Assembly: GCF_039654945.1 (NCBI RefSeq)
Contig: NW_027361881.1
Location: 10,540,001-10,604,000, forward strand
Direction: 5' to 3'
Origin: Dendrobates tinctorius
Lineage: Eukaryota
Length of the DNA: 64,000 nucleotides
Shown here: one piece after another, positions 46,276-59,130 of the stretch
Numbering within the stretch: the stretch's first letter is position 1
How the letters are laid out: each line of letters opens with the position of its first letter
Translations under genes and position numbers: made by a program
Notes under the pieces: model-generated
What the model was told of the DNA's origin: nothing
Seen by the model: only the letters and a program-made list of their open reading frames with translations
Database searches by the model: none

Positions 46276-49200
46276 AATATGGAGCGGCGCTCCCGTGACC
46301 GACGCAGACACATCTTAGGATGATGACTCATGCAATAGTACCTTGCTGGGTGCAATCTGCCACCGGGGGGCCTCTGTACATGGCACAAAATAGGACGATG
46401 CAACTGAGTGAAAGATTTTTTTTTTTCCTCCTGTGACTTCATATTGCCGTGTGTTGGAGTATTATATGAGTGATTGCTGTGTGCTAAGGACGTGATAAAC
46501 CGCCCTGGTCTCATCCTGGTGCCATTCCCTTACTCCGGAGAGTTGTATAGAATGTTCTAGATTATCAGACACCTTATAAATGTGATACAGATTAGTGTTG
46601 TTACCACATTTCTTTCTCCGGAATTCTGGAATTGGAATAGTTTTCTCTGCCTTTAACCTCTTAGTGACCAGACCCACCCACATCCGACTTGTAGACCTGT
46701 ATTTATATCCTACCTCAAACAGCCAGGGATAAAACACTGGAGACACTACAACAACCAGCATGCCCCCTGTGCCAGGTCCTAGTTTTGAGACCGGTTCCAG
46801 GCTACTAGGGGTTAATGCTGGAGATTGACATCAATTAAAAACATTTTATTCCCCCCCCACACTTTTTTTTACCTTTTTTTTGGGGGGAGTGGGGGACCGC
46901 ACTTAAAGCTGACACCTCTTTTTGTCCTAACAGAATATATGGAAGGGGGGTTGTCGGGTGAGGACGACCCCCTTTAGACCTCGCACCGCTCTGCTACTCC
47001 TTCCCCAACCGTCCCCCACCTGAGCCATGATCGGGGCTGGCTCCTTGTCTGTATTACTGAGAGGCATGGAAACCTCTTGCTGCCCACATAGAACTTTCCC
47101 GTAATATTATCATCATCTTTCCTTTTTTTTTTTTTGGCCATATATTGTAATATCACGTTTCTGACAACTTAAGACTTTAAACATAAGCAGGGGTGGTTCC
47201 AAATTGTAACCCCTCCCCCTAGGAGCTGAAAATTAAATCTCTGCTCTTGGACTGGAAGAGAAAGTAAGGCTATAGTGTTTCACCACTGGGGGGTGCTAGA
47301 CCATTATAGAATTGTGATTTATTTTTATTTATTTTTTTTTTTAAACGCCCTAGCTAACTTTGTGCACTGTAACAATCATTCTGGACAACCAGGCCACAAT
47401 CAGAGGTTTCCTAAAGGCATTGTCCACTTTGGATCATCCCTTTTTCTTAGGAGCGTATCGCAACAATAAGCGGATCACTGTGATCGCCTGAGCTGGTACC
47501 TGTCAGCAGATATTCAGTTTCTCTACAGTGCCACCGCAGGTGAAATGGAGTATTACACCTGTCTCATTAAAGTCAATGGGCGGTCCATGGACCTTTATAG
47601 GTCCTCCGAAGAAAGGCGCTCTTCGTATCCTCTTAGGATGTGGATTTTAGCTGTTTTTTTTTTAATTAATAGTATTTTTGACTGCACTGAATGTTGATTT
47701 CATAATCTGGACACCATGAACGGCCTTATATTTGTGTGTGTGATATTTATTCTCTTTGTGAAGGATTTATAACAGTTTCTGTTAATAAAATAAGGAGAAT
47801 TTTATTCCTCGCGTGTCTGGTTGTATGTTTGCGTCGACTTCTGGTAAAATAAAATGACGAACAAACCTAATATTTTGTATATGTTACTATCTGATAGCAG
47901 TGCCATGCTAGCTATACCGAGCAAATCCTGAGGGTCCCATTGACCAAAATGGGGCTTGTAAATTTAATAATGGAAAATTAGGTTTAAAAGTACAAGAACA
48001 ATAACAATCTACAAAAAAGGAGCAGAATTGCCTCATCTTTCTGCAACAGCGCCACTCTTATCAATAGGCCATGTCTGGTACTGCAGTATTAAAATGAAGT
48101 TGCAATCCGGGATGAGGCCGTGAATCATCGACACAGAACTCCGGAAAGTTTCTTCTTTTGGGACTGTGTTAAAATCAACCATAAAAATAGCAATTTGTAA
48201 ACATTTATCATTCCCGTGTATTCCGCATCTGCCCGGAGAGTTCCACGGTGCTGGATGGAAGCTCTGGCACTGGGCGTACACCGCTCCTAAATACCCGTCC
48301 AGCTGTTCAGCGCTGGAGCTGCTTGTGAGGAACAGTCATCGTCTTGGAAACAGGGAAATAATAAAAGAAAATCGCCAACCGCAGCACCGTCACCGTCCTC
48401 TTGAAAGTCCGCACGCTGTTTGTAAAACGCAACCATCTGCTTCACTGTCATTTATGAGCTCGGGTCTCGGTGGAGCGCGGCAGATGGGGGTGAATTCCCG
48501 TTTTCTTTTTTCCTTTGTCTTTTTTTTTTTTTTTTACTGTAAATTAACATTTTTATTGTTAACCCTTGAGATGACAGCAAAAACAAATGCTTTTAAAGTT
48601 TTGAAAATTTATCAAATTGTCTTTGTTTTATTAAAAAAGAGATCTTAACCTAAAAAAAAAAAATATTTTTTTTCCAGAATTTCTTGCTATCGCTCTGGGT
48701 TGTGCCCCTTAATTAAATGATCTGATCACCCCTATGGGATACCTCTTCCAACACTTATTAAATAGGATTTGCCATGTGTGAAATCAGTCACATGTTAAAT
48801 GGTACTGTAATGGGGTCCATAGCTACCCCATATCTTTACTGTTGCATAAATGTTCATGTGTTATCTGCCAACCGTCCTTCATGACCTTAGGTTACCTCTG
48901 CTACCTTTATGGGAAGCTTAACCAAGTAGGGCGACCACCATACAATTCTTTAGTTTTAGACACAGCTATGGGTTTTGTAGAAGTCAAGAAAATGCCTTGT
49001 TTTCTGCATAATATATATATATATAGTCGGTCTTTGGTATTATCAATCTCTTTATTGGGCACAGACGTTACGAGCAAGTGGGCGAAAAGAGGTTACACAC
49101 AATTAGGTCTTGTTTCGAGGGGAGATGGGGGCATGAATTATTGACAACTAAAGGAATGGCTTTTCATAACCTTACATCTCTCAGATCTGGGCTATCGGGA

Positions 49201-49607
49201 CGGAAGAAGAGGCATCTCTTTAAATACAAGTGTGTAATTCCTGCCCAGGAAAACAGGGCTAACATCTTGTACTAATCCTTACAATCCTCTGTGGGATTCG
49301 TCAGTGCTGGCTGCTGCAGTATGTTTTACTGATTTTTTTTTTTCTACCCTAAATTCTCAGAGTGACTGCCCTGGCACAGAGCCTAAGCTGAAGCAGCCAA
49401 AATCTGTTTCACAGAGCAGATCTTGTGACATCTAATTCCAGCCAAATGTCTGCAAAACATTACTGACCTGATCAAGATCCCGACCAGAGAAGATCAGATA
49501 TACGGCGATTCTGTAACAACTGATATAATCATAAAGGGGCAAAGATTGTTTCTCAGTCATGTGGTAAATTCTAGAGCCAATGTTATGTCACAAAAAAAAA
49601 AAAATAA

Positions 49608-50570
49608 TTTGCTCCTTATTACAAGAATATACTATAATACTGCCCCCTATGTACAGGAATATAACTACTATAATACAGCCCCCTATGTACAAGAATATAA
49701 CCACTATAATACTGCCCCTATGTACAAGAATATAACTACTGTAATACTGCTCCTATGTACAAGAATATAACTACTATAATACTGCCCCTATGTACAAGAA
49801 TATAACTACTATAATACTGCCCCTATGTACAAGAATATAACTACTATAATACTGCCCCCTATGTACAAGAATATAACTACTATAATACTGCTCCTATGTA
49901 CAAGAATATAACTACTATAATACTGCTCCTATATACAAGAATATAACTACTATAATACTGACCCTATGTACAAGAATATAACTACTATAATACTGCCCCC
50001 TATGTACAAGAATATAACTACTATAATACTGCCCCCTATGTACAAGAATATAACTACTATAATGCTGCCCCCTATACACAAGAATATAACTACTATAATA
50101 CTGCCCCCTATGTACAAGAATATAACTACTATAATACTGCCCCCTATGTACAAGAATATAACTACTATAATACTGCTGCTATATACAAGAATATAACTAC
50201 TATAATACTGCTCCTATGTACAAGAATATAACTACTATAATACTGCTGCTATATACAAGAATATAACTACTGTAATACTGCCCCTATGTACAAGAATATA
50301 ACTACTATAATACTGCTCCTATATACAAGAATATAACTACTATAATACTGCCCCTATGTACAAGAATATAACTACTATAATACTGCTCCTATATACAAGA
50401 ATATAACTACTATAATGCTGCCCCTATGTACAAGAATATAACTACTATAATACTGCCCCCTATGTACAAGAATATAACTACTATAATACTGCTCCTATAT
50501 ACAAGAATATAACTACTATAATACTGCTCCTATGTACAAGAGTATAACTACTATAATACTGCCCCTATGT
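49608..50570. repeat. 35/36-bp AT-rich minisatellite
   Basis: ACTACTATAATACTGCCCCCTATGTACAAGAATATA, about 27 copies. Confidence 0.97.
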
Positions 50571-51243
50571 GCGAGATTATAACTGAATGATACCGCTGAC
50601 CCTGGCACATGATGGCACACTGTATAGCACTACTCTTTGCCTGTTGTGCCATGGTTGCAGTTTGTTGTCATCAATTCTTAGAGGATGTATATAATAAGTC
50701 GATTCTCCATAGAGTAATATTGTGCCGCTGATGATGCTGCACGTTTCTGTATGTGCGGGTTCTCTGGCGTTGGTGTCACTATATGGCGGCACAGTTGTGT
50801 ATCTGCGGACACCTTGCGGCACCTTTATTTCGGGGCACACCCTTTTTGTTCCCGGACCTTGACGCTGTGGATCGGGGGATTTCCTCTTACGTAGCACTAT
50901 ATTTATATTTGGAACCCGTTATACCTGCTGCATATTTGTATTTTTTTAGAACCAGTGAAAACATTGTTGCCAGTGACGGGGAAGCTCTGCGGCCTCGCGC
51001 TCCGTCATCGGCTGCATGGAGCCTTTCTTAGATTATTGCGCAGGTTCTGGTGCCGCATTTCTCAATCTTTCTGTGCAAATAACCCTGAATGTGACCGGAC
51101 TGAGCAAGCACTCCAGCGATGGTACAAGGTATGCAGAGTCAGCGGAAAGGGTTTATATAGGACTTCCAGTCAAGTCACTACATTGTTGCAAAGGGGATTT
51201 TTAGAGTCATGTGACCACATTGTGTTTCTATTAGTGGGCCACA

Positions 51244-51347
51244 TGATTTGGGGTGCATCGCCCCTTTAATGATTTGGGGTGCATCGCCCCTTTAATGATT
51301 TGGGGTGCATCGCCCCTTTAATGATTTGGGGTGCATCGCCCCCTTTA
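51244..51347. repeat. Short tandem repeat, ~25-bp unit x4
   Basis: ATGATTTGGGGTGCATCGCCCCTTTA repeated. Confidence 0.9.
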
Positions 51348-52269
51348 TGGACATTTCTGATTATGGGCCCATCAGTTGGCGCTGCCCTCACCTTAAAGGG
51401 GTTTTCTCTCGTATAGGGCTGCCGTATTGCTGGGCGTGCCGTCACCTGCGGCTTGTGTGTGTCGCGCCTACCGGACCCCACTACTCCTGGGTATAAGCAG
51501 GTTTAGCGCTTATTTCCCTACCCTTTTCCGTCCATGGCAGCTCTTCCAACCTTTGCCATAAACAGGCAGTGGTGGCGCACACCCTTCATCCTCAGCACCG
51601 GTCAGAGCGCCCCCTAATGGTGACACATTGCGGTGATATGACATTACTTTACAAGTTGGGAATATCCCTTTAAATTGAGTTTCCGTAGACGTGAATGGAA
51701 ACAATCCCAGTGACAGTCGTCCTGGTTGTCTGTCATTGCCTTTCCGTGGCACGGCTCAGTGCTCAGCCATGGTGCAGCCGCTCCACACCTTCATAGTAGT
51801 GCCACGGCGTGCACCGAATGCCGTCATCCAGCCTGGACCACAAAGGGAGGCCGCGCTCCATCACTGTGCAGAATGTGTTCTCAGCAGAAATCCCACAGAT
51901 CTCCGGGACACAGAGCAATCTATTGTGTGCAGAGCGAGATTCCGCTCCCACCGCACGCCAAGTCGTCGGGTGACATTTCTCCACTGTGGACTGTTCTATT
52001 CCTGTACCTGGTGGATAAAGTCACCTGGACGTCTCCTACCCTTAGACGGGTGTGCTACTTGTTCCTTTAAGAGTGAATGGAGATGATCAAAATGGTGCCC
52101 CCAATATGGCGATAATAGTAGTGCATCCACGAACTGGACATATCAGCCTTTGGTGGACACCCTCCCTTTATTCCACCCTTTGTAGTAAGCATTGACCCCC
52201 TTCTCTTACCTTCCTGCTCTAATAGAGGGTATCAAAACGTGGATTAGATCTTCTCTATACCGCACATGT

Positions 52270-52765
52270 TAAGCAGCAGCCTGGAGGACATTATACAGTA
52301 GAACTGAACTGAGTAACTGTGAATCCTGCACTGGAGTGAGACAAAATACTTATCATGAAGCAGCAGTGTGAATGACATCATACAGCAGTATTAAGCAGTG
52401 CAGCTGAAAATCCAGCTTTGGAATTAGAAAAACACTTATTTGAATGCAACAGTATTACGTAATCTATGCTGTTACTTTCCAATAAGTGTTTATCTCATGC
52501 CAAAGCTGGATTCACAGCTACACTGCTTAATACTGTAGTATGATGTTATCAGCAGTACTAAGCAGTGTAACTGTGAATCCAGCTCTCATATCAACACTTC
52601 CTAGAAAAAAAAGCAGCGTGGAAGACATCACACAGCGGTACTAAGCAGTGTAGTTGTGAATCCAGTTAGGGGACCAGATAAAACACTAGAAAGTAACACC
52701 ATAGATGACATCATACAGTACTGAGCAGTGTAGCTGTGAAACACTTATTCTAAAGCAGCAGCTGT
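52270..52765. repeat. Degenerate dispersed repeat cluster (AGCAGTGTAGCTGTGAATCCAGC family)
   Basis: Several diverged copies in both orientations. The same family recurs at 57480-57935. Confidence 0.65.
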
Positions 52766-53230
52766 AATCTGATCCCATAGTGAGCTGGTAGTCCATATTG
52801 GATGGATTTTAGTAATATTTCCAGTGTGAAAGAGGAGAATGGCTCAGAAGTAGAGAAAGGAGCAGATTGTTGTTATAAGAGGTTACAAAGTTTCTTATCT
52901 TGTAGCATTGAGATGACCGCGACCTTACATTATTTCCACAGCGAGGGGAAAAAAAAAAAATACAATGTTGCAAATATTGTGAAACCAAACCGAAAGAAGG
53001 AAAAGAAGCTCTTTTTTCTCTGAAAAGTTTGCAGGAAGTTGCACAACAGAGAAATGTAAGCATAGATGGCAGGAGCGTGCAGCGCAGGACGCATCCGCCG
53101 ATCTGCACGGAATTACTCACATATTGCTGGAACTACGTCCCTGATGGGAAAAGAACCATTCAGCGCAAGTGTGGAGGATCCCCGGACCCCGGCGTGTAAA
53201 TACACATCTGCTGACAGTATTATATCTGTA

Positions 53231-54586
53231 CAGTGGCTTGCAAAAGTATTCACCCCCATGGATTTTTATTTATTTTGTTACATTACAACCTGTGTGTAAG
53301 TATTTTTGTAATCTGATTTGGTTGTGATGTATCAGCACTAAGTAGTCTAAGTTGGTGAAGTGAGAAAAATATCGGCATAAATTACATTTATGGGATCAAA
53401 TAACTAAAAATTGGCATGTGCATATGTATTCACTTCTTTTGTGATGAAGTCCTTAAAAATTTCTGATACAAATATCATAAGTCCCATGCTTAGTGACAGG
53501 ACAGCCGCCTGTGTGCAGTCTAAGTGTCACATGGCTGTCAGTATATACACTTTACCTTTTCTGAAAGGCCACAGAGGCTGCAACATCATTAACTAGAGGT
53601 ACCACAAACCAAACACCACCATGAAGACCAAGGAGATCTCCAAACACCACCATGAAGACCAAGGAGATCTTCAAACACCACCATGACGACCAAGGCGATC
53701 TCCAAACACCACCATGAAGACCAAGGAGATCTCCAAACACCACCATGAAGACCAAGGAGATCTCCAAACACCATGAAGACCAAGGAGCTCTCCAAGCAAC
53801 ATCATGATGACCAAGGCGATCTCCACACAACACCATGAAAACCAAGGAGATCTCCACACAACACCATGAAGACCAAGGCGATCTCCACACAACACCATGA
53901 AGACCAAGGCGATCTCCACACAACACCATAAATACCAAGACAATCTCCAAACACCAGCATAAAGACCAAGGCGATCTCCACACAACACCCTGAAGACCAA
54001 GGTGATCTCCACACAACACCCTGAAGACCAAGGCAATCTCCACACAACACCCTGAAGACCAAGGCAATCTCCACACAACACCCTGAAGACCGAGGAGATC
54101 TCCACACAACACCCTGAAGACCAAGGCGATCTCCACACAACACCCTGAAGACCAAGGCGATCTCCACACAACACCCTGAAGACCAAGGCGATCTCCACAC
54201 AACACCCTGAAGACCAAGGCGATCTCCACACAACACCCTGAAGACCAAGGCGATCACACAACACCCTGAAGACCGAGGAGATCTCCACACAACACCCTGA
54301 AGACCAAGGCGATCTCCACACAACACCCTGAAGACCAAGGCGATCTCCACACAACACCCTGAAGACCAAGGCGATCTCCACACAACACCCCGAAGACCAA
54401 GGCGATCTCCACACAACACCCTGAAGACCAAGGCGATCTCCACACAACACCCTGAAGACCGAGGAGATCTCCACACAACACCATGAAGACCAAGGAGATA
54501 TCCGAACAACACCATAAAAACCAAGGAGATCTCCACACAAGCCAGGGAGAAAGTTGTTGAGAAGTATAAGTCAGGGTTGGGTTACC
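53231..54586 (+). mobile_element. 5' fragment of a Tc1/mariner element (left TIR, leader and transposase start), defective
   Basis: TA|CAGTGGCTTGCAAAAGTATTCACCCC terminus. Transposase N-terminus MKTKE(I/L)S followed, after the repeat array, by QAREKVVEKYKSGLGY (Tc1 paired-like HTH start). The rest is missing. Confidence 0.85.
53609..54540. repeat. 31-bp minisatellite derived from the Tc1 start-codon region
   Basis: CAAACACCACCATGAAGACCAAGGAGATCTC, about 30 copies. ATGs at 53621, 53652, 53683 and onward; later units carry CTG instead. Confidence 0.93.
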
Positions 54587-56333
54587 CTTTGGTTTTACTA
54601 TCTGGCGGCTTTATTTATTGTGCTCAGCCATATACTGCCTGAGGTCTTACTGACACAGATATGAATGCTGCTCCTGAAACATGACGCTCGGCTTGCACAG
54701 CGTTAAGCCGACAATAAGCAGAAATAATCGACCGTCTCATGTTTTTTCATCCCGTTTAGATTTATTTATGATAAAAAGGGGAACAATTATCACATCCAGG
54801 GACCGTAAACTGCATCAGACAAGTCATGAGAGGGAGCGGGGACAGTCACCTACGCCCTTGTCCTATCACCCCATGAATGGAGAGACTGCTGCTTTCTACA
54901 AAATCAGTACACTAATCTTCTGAAATACTCCACAGTCATTACCAATATCATATGAGCCGATAGGTCACTGCCTCCTGCAAGAGCAGCACACTCTTCTCCT
55001 GCAGCTGTCATTATCATCTGATTGGCTACAGACAATACTAACTTTTACTACTTCATTAAAGGGTAAAAATCATACCCTTAATGATCCATTAGAGGCTGCA
55101 TCCTCCAGGTTCGGCTTAGGAACATACAAGGAAGTTTTGAAGGGTCAGAAGAGTAGAGAAAGTAGAGAAGAGAAAGTGACTGGTACTAGCTGACTGAAAA
55201 GGAACTGTGGGTATGGCGGTATACTACATGTACCCCTTTTGGCATGGGTTTTGGCTGCAGGGGTGTCCTAAATAGCACTGTGGGTTTGGCTAGTTGGGTT
55301 GAAAAGTTTGAGACGACCCAACGCGTTTCACCATTGGCCCGACGCGTTTCACCATTTCCTCTATCAGATCACACACACAATGTAGCAGTAATGTCACGAT
55401 TTATATCAGACTGTATAAGTTAATACATTACACACAGGAAATATCAGGATATATCACAATATAGTCCTTAGTGTCATCCATCACCCATGGATTCGAAGAT
55501 TCAAGATGTCCCCAGGTTCTCAATAGCGAAGGGTCCAAATTTGACCCAATGACATGTGATAGTTTGGGGGGTCCTTAGGTTTTTCCATGGGTTTGTGCCA
55601 TGGAAGAACACATAATGGGCTCCTTTGCTGGTTCACTCCACGACCCTCTTGAGGAGGCTTCTCTTCCAAGGAATGTGTGGTGTGACCCATCTCGCGCCCA
55701 CTTACTACTTCGAAATTAAGAGGTCTGTAGACTTTCTACATTGCCAGTTCATCCAATTGCTGCGGTTAATACATCACTAAGTAAATTATTTCATGTCTAT
55801 ATATCGGCAAGATAACATTTTAAGGCAGTGTTGTTAAGAGAGAAGCAGATTTAGTGTTATCAATGGCTACGGAATATTTTCCAGGCGTAGTCAACTTGAA
55901 CCATTGGACCACCAAAGAGCTAAGGAACCAGTTTAATGGCAGCTCCAGAGAATATCTATGGAAAATTGGCCACTATGGGCAGAAACCATGGCAGAGGGCA
56001 CCCAACACTTTTCACACCCTTGTAGACTTTGAGCTATTTTTGATCAGTTGGATTCAATATGTTGAGTTTGGAATCACAATGGTTAGCCCAAGTCTTAGAA
56101 TCCAAGACGTTCTCAAGTCTCCAGGATAAGGTAGGTATCGTCTCTTGAGTTTGGCCACCACACGGTGCGAGTAGACCACTTCTATCTGGTCACTGATCTC
56201 CAATAAACTGGTCGTAATGACACCAAGTTTGTCTCCAATGACTGCAGATGTCTCCAACCTGTCCACCAATTGTACAACATTCTCAACGTCTTGGTGTCAC
56301 CAGGTGAAGAACTTAAAGAAAAACACTGAAAAG

Positions 56334-57137
56334 TCAGGCATGGAACGCCGACCACGAAGAAGAGTAGAAGTCTTCATTGGAAATGATCTCAGCGTTCCTT
56401 TCTTCATCACTGTCTTCGTCACTCGAAGGTTCAAATTCCGGCATTTCCTGTCGGGTCCTGTCTGGTCGCTTCCTTTTATCTTCCTCGGCTATCTTTTCGG
56501 CGATCAGCTTTCGATGGCACAGAGAACAGACTCTCAGGGGCTTGGAAGACAAAGACGGGATCAAAAACTTGTTCTGGGAACAATCTTGACATACTACAAA
56601 TCCGCAGTTGCGACAATGGTGCCTACGAGTCAATGTGGTGAATTTGGTTTTGGTACATCTCATGCAGATATCCGTGGCTTTATCCGGTATCCATGGTGCC
56701 GCGTGTCTGGTGGATGGTCGTCTTCCAGTTTTGGCCAAGAGCCTACTGGAACATTCCTTGATGTGACTGATCCACTCTTCCCGTTCGGTGTAAGAGGCAG
56801 CACAAACTACAAAAGACTTCTTGGAGGTCTTTAGCATCCACCGGTTCTTCATGTCTCCACTGTCATCAAGAGTCTCTGTGGTCACGTCTTCCAAGGGAAT
56901 GATGTGCTGGCAGCTGTACTTTACCTTGCTTATCATAACGGTTCCATAGACGAGGATATCACTGAAGAGAAAGAAGACCCTTGGTTTGGGTTTCTTCCGA
57001 CATTCCTTGGTCAATATTCCTTCACCTACAAGGACTCTCCCCGGCAGAGAGAGGGGTTGGCCAGCAGCACCAAAACATGTCTCCACAGCTGCTATCCTCT
57101 GGCTGTTGATTTCTGTGTATGCGAGGTGATCCACCAT
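56334..57137 (-). CDS. PLEKHF1: Pleckstrin homology and FYVE domain-containing protein 1 (Phafin1), 267 aa, single coding exon
   Basis: MVDHLAYTEINSQRIAAVE N-terminus, PH domain (GEGILTKECRKK..PRVFFLFSDILVYG), FYVE (WIPD..CMRC..RRHHCRNCG..VC..C..RVC), acidic tail and WSAFH end typical of PLEKHF1. Acceptor TTTTTCAG at ~57152. Syntenic with C19orf12. Confidence 0.96.
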   Translation of the reverse strand: MVDHLAYTEINSQRIAAVETCFGAAGQPLSLPGRVLVGEGILTKECRKKPKPRVFFLFSDILVYGTVMISKVKYSCQHIIPLEDVTTETLDDSGDMKNRWMLKTSKKSFVVCAASYTEREEWISHIKECSSRLLAKTGRRPSTRHAAPWIPDKATDICMRCTKTKFTTLTRRHHCRNCGFVVCQDCSQNKFLIPSLSSKPLRVCSLCHRKLIAEKIAEEDKRKRPDRTRQEMPEFEPSSDEDSDEERNAEIISNEDFYSSSWSAFHA

Positions 57138-57479
57138 GTTGCCTGGTATATCTGAAAAATACAGACCCAGATTAGATAGGCATCTACGGAGAAAGATATC
57201 TGACCCTTATCTACACACTATACAGCTGAGGCTCCGTCAAATAACAGATGATAGATGAAAACCCTGAATTTCAGGAATTCCATTGCGCATGTTACCTAAT
57301 TATGCAATGAATCCCAAATTTCTGACCATTACACAATTTGTATCCACATTTAACCAGTTATACCCTCTGATGCTCTGCCTCTACTTTTCAGTTGTCTCTG
57401 AGCAAGTGGGCGGAGAAGAGCTGCTATGATGTCTACCATACACAGCACACACAGACACATGACTATGTAACACATGTTC

Positions 57480-57935
57480 AGAAGCAGCAGCAGTATGGAT
57501 AACATTATACAGCAGTACTAAGCAATGTAGTTATGAATCCAGCTCTGGGGTGAGAAATGCTTACTAGAAAGCAGCAGCACGGAGGACATTATACAATAGT
57601 ACTGAGCAGTGTAGCTGTCAATTCAGCTCTGGTGAGATGAAACACTTACTAGAAAGCAGCATATTAGAGGATATAATACAATAGTACTGAGCAGTGTAAC
57701 TGCTACGGGAGGGAGAAATACTAGAAAGCAGCAGCATAAAATACAATAGTATTGAGCAGTGTAGCTGTTAATCCAGCTCTTGTGTGATAAATGCTTACCA
57801 GATAGCAGCGAAGAGGACATAATACAATAGTATTTAGTGAGTCCAGCTTTGGGTGTGAGAAATGCTTGCCAGAACACAGCAACATGGAGGACAGTATACA
57901 ATAGTACTGAGCAGTGTAACTGTGAATCCAACACT
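57480..57935. repeat. Degenerate tandem/dispersed repeat (same family as 52270-52765)
   Basis: About 5-6 diverged units of AAGCAGCAGC...ATACAATAGTACTGAGCAGTGTAGCTG..AATCCAGCT. Confidence 0.7.
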
Positions 57936-58499
57936 AGAGAAGATTAAAACATGTACTTTAAAGCTGCATCATAGGTCTACATGGGAGGTATGTGATGGCA
58001 TAAACCAACAGGATGGCGGCATTGAAGAGTCTACTCTTTGTAAACTCCTGCCTGCATACATTGACCTGTGCCTAGTATGAAGCAATAGCTCCAATATTCC
58101 TCTGTGGACCTGGGAGGGAGGGAGGGAGGCCATTATGTGACAAAGCGGTAAAGTAGTGAAATAGCTTCCCTACAACCAAAATATATCAACAGCATTATAG
58201 GGGACGACGAGATCAGTCAATGCTGAAGGAGGGTCTCAGGTACTGATCATGGGGAAGGGAAGAAGCTGGATTCATTTATGCAATGGCTGATAACAGAAAG
58301 CAATAGCTCAGACTGGTGTATATGGAGAGACTGAAGTGTCAGCCTACGGGCAGAAAAGTGTCTGAAAGACAAACTTCAGGGTCGCAGAAAGGAAGTCACT
58401 GAGAAGGTGGTGTACCTCAAAGAGAGCGAAGGTCGGGGAGGAAGCGAGTGCAGACAGGTGATGAGCGGCTCAGTCTGGAGGCCTACAGTATCTCACCAT

Positions 58500-59130
58500 A
58501 TAGGATACTGTGCTCTGAGCCCTGTACCTAATCCCACAATGTATGATACTGTGCTCCGAGCCCTGTATCTAATCCCACCATATATGATACTGTGCTGAGC
58601 CCTGTATCTAATCCCACCATATATGATACTGTGCTCTGAGCCCTGTATCTAATCCCACCATATATGATACTGTGCTCCGAGCCCTGTATCTAATCCCACC
58701 ATGTATGATACTGCGTGCTGAGCCCTGTATCTAATCCCACCATGTATGATACTGCGTGCTGAGCCCTGTATCTAATCCCACCATGTATGATACTGCGTGC
58801 TGAGCCCTGTATCTAATCCCACCATGTATGATACTGTGCTCTGAGCCCTGTACCTAATCCCACCATATATGATACTGTGCTCTGAGCCCTGTATCTAATC
58901 CCACCATGTATGATACTGTGCTCTGAGCCCTGTATCTAATCCCACCATGTATGATACTGAGCTCTGAGCCCTGTATCTAATCCCACCATGTATGATACTG
59001 AGCTCTGAGCCCTGTATCTAATCCCACCATGTATGATGCGGTGCTCTGAGCCCCTGTATCTAATCCCACCATGTATGATACTGTGCTCTGAGCCCGGTAT
59101 GATACTGCGTGCTGAGCCCCGTACCTAATG
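58500..59130. repeat. ~41-bp minisatellite in the PLEKHF1 intron
   Basis: TGAGCCCTGTATCTAATCCCACCATGTATGATACTGTGCTC, about 14 copies. Confidence 0.95.

Noticed and set aside
53552-54540. 225-289-aa hydrophobic ORFs on the minus strand
   Set aside because: Antisense translations of the 31-bp minisatellite.
56334-57137. PLEKHF2 or a retrocopy
   Set aside because: The N- and C-termini and synteny fit PLEKHF1. A single coding exon is normal for this gene and there is an upstream acceptor.
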